A stretch of DNA of 64,000 nucleotides from Bugula neritina (Eukaryota > Animalia > Bryozoa): the NCBI GenBank assembly GCA_964035545.1, contig OZ037766.1, positions 15,676,722-15,740,721 on the forward strand, read 5' to 3'. The notes below the pieces were generated by a model. It saw only the letters and a list, made by a program, of their open reading frames with translations, was not told where the DNA came from and searched no databases. The translations under genes were made by a program, and so were the position numbers. Shown in pieces: positions 54,901 through 64,000 of the stretch; within the stretch, counting starts at the first letter, position 1, and each line of letters opens with the position of its first letter.

Positions 54901-57900
54901 TACTTCTAATGGCTTATAATTCTACACCAACCTTTATATATAATATTGAATGTGATGTTTGCAGATGAGGACAGAGTGCCAGTGTATCCATGGCACACGC
55001 TGGTGCCTTTTCTTGGCAGACCAACATCTATACAGCAACCCCTGTCTAGCCACCCGTTTGCACCACTTACATTAGCCAATCTCACCAACTTGTCAACAGA
55101 AGAACCAGATGCCAGAGTGAACATTGATAATGCAGCCCCAGCTCAAACTCACATCTATCCTAACTTTCAGTTTATCAACCCAAACAAAAGCATGCCATCA
55201 ACAGAGGTATCACCACAGTACCCCATCACTTCCAGTCTCACACATCAAAGAAGACAGTCCCAGTCTAAAGCCAGTAATGCCGTCAGTTTGTCACCATCTG
55301 TGCCAGTGACTAGCTCTGCATTGCTGCCACCTGGCAGCACAGGTAACACAGTTGCTGGCCTACCTGTATCTCAGCCATACGCATCTTCTCGGTACTCACT
55401 ATCTGCTACAGCCACTGACTCAAGATTAAAAATTGGAAAGTCTGCTTCAGTTTCCATTCCAGCCTGTAAGTTTATTTACTCAAGTTTTGAGATTATTGTA
55501 GTGTGAGATAAATTGTCAATATCTGGTGTGACTATAAATCATTTAGCAAATCATTGTCAGGGGGTGCTTTCAGTGTACATCACTCATAGTTCTATCAGCT
55601 GCTGGGACTAGCCCATTAGTGTCTGGAAAATACAGCTATTACATCATTCAGTTGGTTGTAAATGGTCGCTATACATTAGATTTCCATTACTGTGGCTTCT
55701 TGACACGCAACAAGTGCTTTGGGGCCATCCATAAATTATGTCACGCTCAAGGGGGGGGGAGGGGGTACCCTCATGTGTGACAGTTTGTGACAGGGGGGAG
55801 GGGGGGAGGGTAGATATGTGTGATGTCACATTTTCAAATATTTTACCAAAACAAAATATTTCAGATATGTATTAATACTGAACATAAAACATCAAATACA
55901 TGTATTTTTTGTCAATATAAAGCACAATAAAAACAGACCCCCCTCCCCAGACCAATTAGCAAAAATCGGATCCCTGTTTTCCCGAATCGCTTTATCAGCA
56001 ATCCTCCCACAATGTGCAAAGACATTCAAAATATTTCCATTTGACCTGTACTGTCCATCACTGATTGGGAAATTACAACCCCGTATTTGCCCGGTTTGTG
56101 GGATGTATTTTCCCAGTCAGAAAGCAAAATCTAGCCACACCAAACTCCATACAGGTGCAAAATTTGTTGAGGTTTCAAAGAGGATCGATGAGGAGGATTT
56201 GGATACTATTACCTCAAGTGTTCAAAAAGATCTTGCAATCCCTGTAGATTCCCTACCCATCATTCATTCAGTCCAGGAATGGGCCACAGTACCATGGATC
56301 GAAGAAAACTAACTATTATGATGTTGAAAAACAGACTTCATGCTCTAGTGGAACTTTAATACCACTGAGGCAGTAAAAATAGCAGTTATAGGCCAGAACT
56401 TATGACCTGCCTTATTAAATCAAGCATGGTTTCAATAATGTTTATGATTTTCTTGTCATTGGATAATAATGATACACTGAATAAATTTAGGTTCTTAAAA
56501 AGTTGCATTCATAAATATTGAACTTTGTGCCTGTAATCATTACTAAACATAAACCATTCAATCAGTACTTTTTGTATGGAGTATTTAATCTTAAAAGGGC
56601 GTTTACATAATCTGTGTGACATCACATGGGGGGGAGGGGGTCATATAAGCGTGACACTTTGTGACAAGGGGGGGAGGGGGGGTCAAAAAGTGCTGAATAA
56701 AGTGTGACATAATTTATGGATGGCCCCTTTGCTACCCACACACTGGCCTTCTGCTACTAACAAAAGGGTTGTGGTAAAGTAGGTTGCTTAAAATAAACAG
56801 TCCTCTGGCTAAAATCTTCTATGAACAAGTAGTATTTTACTACTAGTGATATAACTGATGATTGTTACTACCAACAAGTCATGCCATTTTACTACTACTA
56901 TTACTACTAATATTACTACTACTACTACTACTGCTACTGCTACTGCTACTGCTACTACTACTGCCACTGCCACTGCTACTGCTACTGCTACTGCTACTGC
57001 TACTGCTACTGCTACTACCACTACTACTACTGTTGCTGCTACCACTTCTCCAGGTGATACTGAGGTAGAAAGTGGGCTGGAGGAACACATAGATGTGGAT
57101 CTTGATTATGAAAATGATGATGTGTTTGGGGAGGATACCACTTCCTCTGTATCTCTCCCAGCTGTTACATTTGATAAACCTAGAACTCAGTCTCTCTCAG
57201 CTCTTCCAAAGAAAAAGGTGGATGAGGTGAAATGTGGTCCTAAAAAGGTGGGCTGCTATCTACTAAATTATGTTAAGGAATAGTTTAGATTGTATCTGAG
57301 ATATTATAACTGACAATTTAAATTGTGTGAGACTTTTAGTCATGCAATGATTGTAATGCGGACCACAAAGTGAATATAGGGGCAAGCAATATGGTATCTT
57401 ACAAAATACAGCCAGAAATTTGTGTAAAAGGTAATGTTACATCATAACTTGATTCAAGATAGCAGAAAATTGTCTCAATTCTAGAAAACATTGGTTAACT
57501 AATCATCATTCTACATGATTCTTTCCAATGTTTTATTCTTGCTGGTTTATATGCTACATAGGTTCTATGACTTGTAAGTTTTTTTTATATGATGCTACAA
57601 TCGTTTTATTATGTAATTCAGGTTCTAAGTGTTTTTTTCAAAATAGACTGTTCAAATTTTATTCTATGTCTCATATCTTTAGACCAAGGAAAAGACCATA
57701 AGGCGTCCCATGAATGTGTTCATGATATTCTCAAAAAGACACAGGCCTCTTGTTCATCAACAGCACCCCAACCAAGACAATAGAACTGTTTCAAAGATTC
57801 TTGGAGAATGGTGGTATGCGCTAGACCCAAAGGACAAAGCTCAGTATGAACAGCTTGCTGCTCAGGTGAGACTCCCATCACTATTATGTTTTCATAAATT

Positions 57901-60900
57901 TACCAAATAATATTTATTTTAATCTGTTGAGATGATTAATAATATATAATTCATGCTAGATAAGTGCCTGTTGATGAGGTCCAGCCACCTTATGTTAATG
58001 ACTAAAATAAAAGCCAACCTGTAGATGCTTAGCTTTCCCAGGGCACAGATATGTTTAATGGTTTGAAGGAGATGCTGCTTATTTCCTGTGTGAAGAAATG
58101 GGTCTATTATCTATCAGCTATCTAATACCTTATTCTCATTTATCTATTCTGTAAACTTGCAAAATGATATTAACTTAAGCTAGACATTTTGCCAGTTTCT
58201 CTCCGTATAAATAGCTCCATCTGATGGCTATATGTCTCTTTTTGAGAATCTTTTGTTGGCAAACATTGTCATCTATGCTAGATGGTAATGCCACTAAGCT
58301 GTCCTCTAATGACAGCCCCTTTATAGAATATTTACTGGAAGTAATCAGTGTAGTTTGAGCACATTTGCTGGTGCGTTTTAGATCAAAGAGGCCCACTACA
58401 AGGCTCACCCAGACTGGAAGTGGTGTTCCAAAGATAGACGGAAATCCAATAAGAGTGTCTCTGAAGAATTATCAGAAGACGAGAAAATTTTTAATGGTGA
58501 GATGATTTCCTGCACCTCAAATTTGTTTTTAGTCAACATAAAGATGGTTCCGATTTTTTTACAATTCCCAAGTCTCAGAATTTTCAAAGTAGGGTAAAAA
58601 CTACTGCAAATATAATTCACGGTATAGTTTAGTACTCTAAAATGCATATATAATAAATAGTAGCAATCTCTGGGCGCATGATTGGCCGGGATGTTGAAGC
58701 CATGAGGAGAGTGGTATGATTGTGGAATACTGAGCAGTCTGGTAATTGCATAGCGTTTTCTCTTTGAAATAGTCCAGTCACCCAGGCTATATTTAGTTGG
58801 TACTACTACATCACTGCCACTACATCATTCAATGTTAACCTGACTTGACTATCTTGTCAAGTTTTAATCTAACATCTTGTTTTGCCAAAAAGTAATGACT
58901 TGCCATTTCCTATTTCAATTTGCAAAGGTTTTGAGCAAATGATAGATCCATGATACCAACAGTTGGATTAGATGGTACGCTAAATATTTGTATAATAATT
59001 TGGCCGGCTGATAATACTTTGGTTTTGATTCCTGTAGGATCATTTGGTGATTATTCTTTTTTTAATAGGAGTTGATTTCTTTGAGTTTTAATATGATTAG
59101 TTTGCTACTTGAAATGCAGCATTATCACCACATCTGCTACACTTAAAACCCTAAAAATAAAGGAAGTTAAAAGGTAGAGCAAATTTTCAAAGCATATGCT
59201 TAGAATTCACCTTCACCCTTACTTGTAATCTTCGAGATTTGCCTGGGTGAGCAGATTAATAAATGCTAGCCTTTATCTAACTGTGTGAATGGCTTTATTT
59301 TACTTCGACCATAAGCAAAATAGAGAAAGGCTCTAACTAATAGCTGCAAGATTGTAAAGTATCTGTAAGTAATACTATCAACACTAGAGTTAACTAGTAC
59401 CTCAGTTTAATACCTACACATTAGACATTATGCACAACTTCTGTCTCACCAGCAAGCTGGTATATTCTGACACAGTGATATGTACTGTTATCTCAACTAT
59501 CACTAATGAGCCATTACACTTTCTCCATCGCTTTCTCCTCATCTTAACTTCGCTGCTGTATGAAGAAAATTGTGTGTGAATCACAACTGTTTGATGAGGG
59601 AGAGAGAGTAATCACATGACTTTTGGAGTTAATAGTGACATTTACAATGACTATTCCTCTGATGTATTTATAGATCTCCCAATGTATAACCCTAATGGAA
59701 AGAAAACCGCTGAAATTAAGCATAGCCAAAATAGTAAGTACAGCAGTTCTGGGCGTATACAGCTATTTTCTAGACTAGTTCCTTAAAAAATTTAAGCTAT
59801 TTTCTTCTTCCTGCATATATGTGTTTTCCATCAACTCTGGTAAATTCTTACAAGTCTTTACCACTAGTCTCCATCTGTTTATATTTTTCGGTTCAAAAGA
59901 TTACTGTTTTGTCTCACCAATATTTAATTATAATGTAAAGCATAATATACTCTTCTCAACATGTTATGATGTAGAAAGGCTGACCTCATGGTGCCGTGTG
60001 ACCTGAGATGAGCATTGTTTACTATGCTAGTAGTCAAGTCAACACTGGGCTTGAGAGCTCATGTCGCTATGGCACCCATGTGTCAGAAAGCACCTGCAAT
60101 AACATTTCATATTCGATGTTTTCTATCGTAGTCTAGCAACTGAATATTGCAACGGGCTATAAAAAATGCATAAACAATTTGAATAGTAAGATTATTGTTA
60201 TTGCACTAGTGTCTTATAGTATATCTTAAGTATTCTGTTTTGAAGAGAAATATGACAACGTCTGATAGATTTAGAGTTACTAAAAACCCCAGTAAAAGAA
60301 TTCATGAGTCACCTCTTCTGTTAGTATTTAAATTAGAAGTGCCCTCCCTGGTCAAAGGTCAAATATGATTTGTTGTTCTTGGTTTACACTCAAGACAATA
60401 GCAGCAATTGCAACACTAAATGATGATTTCATTTCTTTGTTCTAACAGCTAAACAGTCAAAATGAATTGATTTACAACTCTAAAAATGTGGGTATAGTTG
60501 ATAAGGCATATAGGTTAATCTAGCCAGGTTGGTTTCCAAACAAGCTGTTGTCTCTGCCAGTTTATACATTTAGCAGTGATTTTGTTGTTTTGACCAAATA
60601 TGTAGTGGCTAATATTGCATCAGTAATTGTAATTTTCAACCCTGGATATGCATGCTTTGAATGACTGTTAAATCCTTGAACGAATAGCAGCATTATATTA
60701 TATAATACCAACGTTAGTGCTTTGCTGCTAGAGCACAATATATCCATTGATGGTGTAGCAATGACTGTATACTGACTGTCTATACTTGTGTAAACCATTT
60801 GTATAGTGTTGTAAAGTTATAGTTGTATAGTAATCAATGATGAATGTTGTGTATAATTATAATTTATTACGGGCAGTAGTAATTATTTAATCCAGGGTAC

Positions 60901-61492
60901 TAAAAACACCACATCGTTAGCTGATAGAGTACTCGGAGCTTGTCAGGTGCTCTGTGTGTGTCACATGTGATGTTCTATATTTAGAATCTCTAGCTGATTG
61001 CTGAATAAGTATAGAAGAGATGGCACTCTGGCACCATGGGCTCGAAATCACATAGCTATCTTATTGTTTTGAGGTGTGGCAATCATGCCTTGGGCTACAT
61101 TTCAAACCTACAGTTTAGTAACTGAGGGAAAAAAGCTGGGGTTTGCCTGCTGAGTTACTGCACAATGGATACTTGTTGTGACTCCAGCAGCCCCAGCCCT
61201 GTGCTAAGATACTTGAAAACTCTTTCGTTGGGCTGCACCTACAGTTTTACTAGCAGTGGTTCATATTGCAGGCAAGACAACTCCCGCTACCAAGCAATCA
61301 ATAGACCTTTCTTGCAAAGAAGACATAACCCTCAGTGATAGTGAATCCAGCAGTAATAAAGCCATTTCCAAAATAAGGTTTTCTCCCATATCTGCCAATC
61401 AAAGTAACGCTGAGCCGTCTTTTCAAAGCTCAGCTGACGAATCAAAATCTACCGCCTTTCGGCCTACACCAATCAAATATGGAGGGAAGGAG
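51944..61492 (+). CDS. CIC: Capicua transcriptional repressor, long isoform (CIC-L); 3' part including the C1 domain lies beyond the window
   Basis: Exons: 51944-52498 (acceptor at 51895), 53051-54116, 54965-55465, 57054-57247, 57683-57865, 58382-58496, 61272-61492. Phases are consistent. CIC-L N-terminal region ([34 protein letters not shown]...[13 protein letters not shown]...[13 protein letters not shown]). Ataxin-1-binding-type motif [15 protein letters not shown] and [13 protein letters not shown]-type HMG box [42 protein letters not shown]...HPDWKWC. IDLSCKE..SDSES motif. Confidence 0.93.
55721..56727. mobile_element. ~1-kb non-autonomous TIR DNA transposon (PIF/Harbinger-like MITE) in a CIC intron
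   Basis: Perfect 24-bp TIRs GGGGCCATCCATAAATTATGTCAC / GTGACATAATTTATGGATGGCCCC, with TTT on both flanks (55718-55720, 56728-56730) as a possible 3-bp TSD. G-run subterminal repeats at both ends. The superfamily call is inferred from TSD length and the GGGGC termini. Confidence 0.82.
56890..57045. repeat. (ACT)n/(ACTGCT)n microsatellite immediately upstream of a CIC acceptor
   Basis: Seen directly, ending just before the CAG acceptor at 57051-57053. Confidence 0.93.
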
Positions 61493-64000
61493 GTGAGTTC
61501 CCCAAGTTATTTCGTGTAGCTAATAAGTAAATGTTGCAGCCAGTTTTCATGTAGTTATTAGTATTGAAAATTTGAAGCTGTAAGTTGAATTCTCATTGCT
61601 GTGATGTTAACTTCCAGATCGTCTAATCAATTCTCCCCCAAATTTCTTACAGAGTTTAGAACTCCTTTAATGGAAGTAACTGAATGCTATTTAATAACCT
61701 TTTTACAGGAAATTAGAAATAAGTAGTAAGTACATGATGATTTTTATGATGGTATTACATTGTGCTAAGCTGCAGTTAGGATTGCACTTGAAGCTATCTA
61801 GTTATACCTAATGGCGCTATTTCATACCATCTTCTTGGAAAGTACCAAGTTTCAGTTCTATTCAATCAATGTCCAGGACATCTCTTTATACCATTGATTG
61901 AACTTGTTGAAGTCACATTCTTGTTTATCACTTTTATGATGCGACTTGCTTAATCTCCACCTTATTGAAAGGTATTGTGACAATAAAAGAGGGATCACAA
62001 ATAATAACTTTGACAGATTGCAAGATAATTTGATGAAATTGTCTTCTTGGGAGAGTTGAGTAATGAAGGTGTAAACCACTATTTTGATCTCAAATTGACC
62101 CTTCACCTGTCAAGAAATTGCTAACTGTGCACTAACGCTAGGTGGGTTTGAGACTAAGGCTCCAGAGGCCTTGGTTTGAGATGAAATTTAGTGAGTGGAA
62201 TATCAATAAAAATATAGCTTGGTGAATTTTTGTCAACTAAGATCAAAGAGATATAAGCCTCAGTATTGGTGCAACTAGACATTGCTAAGCTCTAGAATAA
62301 GGTTTTTTCTATTTCTGCCTCATATTTCGACAATTTTGAAAAAATATAAAAGAAAGTACCAAGATTATCCTGTGACCCCTGACTCCATGAGTCTGAGTCA
62401 TGATAAAATAAGATAACTGCAATATGCATATATTTAGTACTTACTGACAATAGAGCAGCAGACTAAACACATTCAGATTATTGAATGTAGGTTTATATTA
62501 AAAGTTACAGTAACGGAATAACAAATGAGTCCAAAGTACCACCAGTGATTATGTTTCAAGTGATTCAATGGAGTCACAGTGACAAATGCTACAAACCAAA
62601 TATTTTCTTGCTAAACAAACCCTTTTCTAATACATTGCAAATGTTGTAACCAAATGGATATTCCCGAAAAGGTGCTATGCTTAAATATAAGTTCTATGTA
62701 ATGCATTGCTGTTTGAAAGTCATTATGTTAGAAACAACTTAGATTGTAAACAAGTGATGAGTTATAAATATTTGAACCTGCTAGTTCTAATATTGCAATG
62801 ACAGCTTTCTTTAAAATTATTTCACCTCTTTTTTGCTATCTGAAAATTGTATCTGATTATGTAGGGCCTATAATATTTGTAGGAATTAGCAAGCTTTTTC
62901 AAAAAGGCATACTGGAGATGTGCACTAATAGACCTGAAAAATTTGTGGATAATTTGAGTTCCTGCATTAAATAGTAAATATAGTACTAGTAAAATTCTAT
63001 TCAGTTGGTAATAATGTTCTATATTTTACCGAATTGCTCAACTTCCCAGTGAATATTTTGATATAATGTAATGGCTACCAACTGGCAATATTATAGGCTA
63101 CTAGTAACTACCTAGCAATCAGTATTGTCAAGAAATCTGCAGCATGTAGAAAATTCACTTGCCAAAAATAAAGCATATATATTCAAAAGGCTTTCTACTG
63201 AAATAACCAGTTGAGTTATAAAATAATATATTATATTAAAATACCCAGAGGTAGACAGTTTCCATGCATAGGAAAGTTTAAATGCTTGGAGGCTTGAAAA
63301 CCAAGTAATATGCATCTGATGCAGATAATAGCTGCTCAATTCCTTAGATCACATGGAAAACATTTCTTAAAACAAATCTAGTTTTACCCACTTGTAATTG
63401 ACCAAACTTCTAAGAGCAACTGAGTGAGTGAGATGCTGGCTTCATTGAGTTTATAGAAGTATGGCAGCACTTGGTAAGCACATCTGATATCCACTACCCG
63501 ACCAGTTGCGTGGGTAAAGTTTCCATGCAATCACTTGGCTGATTTTCACACTTAAAGTAGCATACCTTGAATGCATTAGGACTGAGTTGTATTGCTAGCT
63601 GCTCTCCAAGTTTTCGAGGCCTCATTACATCAGCAGTAGCTACTAGCTTCTCCTTTCTGATAAAAGTTGGGCCAGGAGTATTTTGGAAATTCTTGACTCA
63701 TATTAGATCTCTTTATCTACAAGGTATTTAAGATAAAATATTGGATGCATGTACTAGTAAATATAGATAATGTACATTTAAAGTGGGTGGGAGACAGAGT
63801 TAATATTGACAGCTGCGTTATTTTGAGTATCCTTTTTAGATTTTGCTAATTGAATCGTTTTAATTTTAACCTGCATCATGCTGTCACTTGTGCTGGATGG
63901 CACAGCAAGCAAAAACATTTCGTAATGTCACTGGTGTAGAATAACTGTTTCCTATAAGTCATTGACATTCTTATTCAGTATTGTTGAAAAACAGTAGAAT

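Noticed and set aside
56809-57090. Poly-Leu, poly-Ser and poly-Val/Ala ORFs
   Set aside because: Alternative frames of the ACT/GCT microsatellite.
61493-64000. Further CIC exons or another gene
   Set aside because: No phase-compatible exon with CIC motifs was recognised. Treated as intron, although small exons could have been missed.

Overview
AT-rich, intron-containing animal genomic DNA. It looks invertebrate, probably lophotrochozoan-like, but the species cannot be determined from the sequence. I built five spliced genes by hand from splice sites and reading-frame phase. (1-2) A head-to-tail pair of paralogous single-pass membrane receptors (884-13190, first exon not found in the window; 14216-28408, complete, 16 exons, ~1134 aa). 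Each has two tandem class C GPCR-type Venus-flytrap (VFT/ANF_receptor) domains, a Ser/Thr stalk, one transmembrane helix and a short Tyr/Pro-motif tail. Neither has a 7TM, kinase or cyclase domain. (3) An SLC45-family H+/sugar symporter (+). (4) The ciliary gene CFAP68/C11orf1 (-), with two RFX X-box-like sites near its 5' end. (5) The 5' part of capicua (CIC), long isoform (+), which runs off the window end. The main candidate for a new system is the double-VFT single-pass receptor pair. Only the membrane-proximal VFT keeps the amino-acid-binding signature, the tails share SH2/WW/SH3-type docking motifs, and three exons of the distal VFT are ~95% identical between paralogs while their introns and neighbouring exons are highly diverged. 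The window also has a perfect 183-bp-arm palindrome and a 381-bp tandem duplication in a TpA-rich block between CFAP68 and CIC, three tRNA-derived SINEs, hAT- and PIF/Harbinger-like MITEs, small retroelement remnants and many microsatellites. Exon models are predictions without RNA support.
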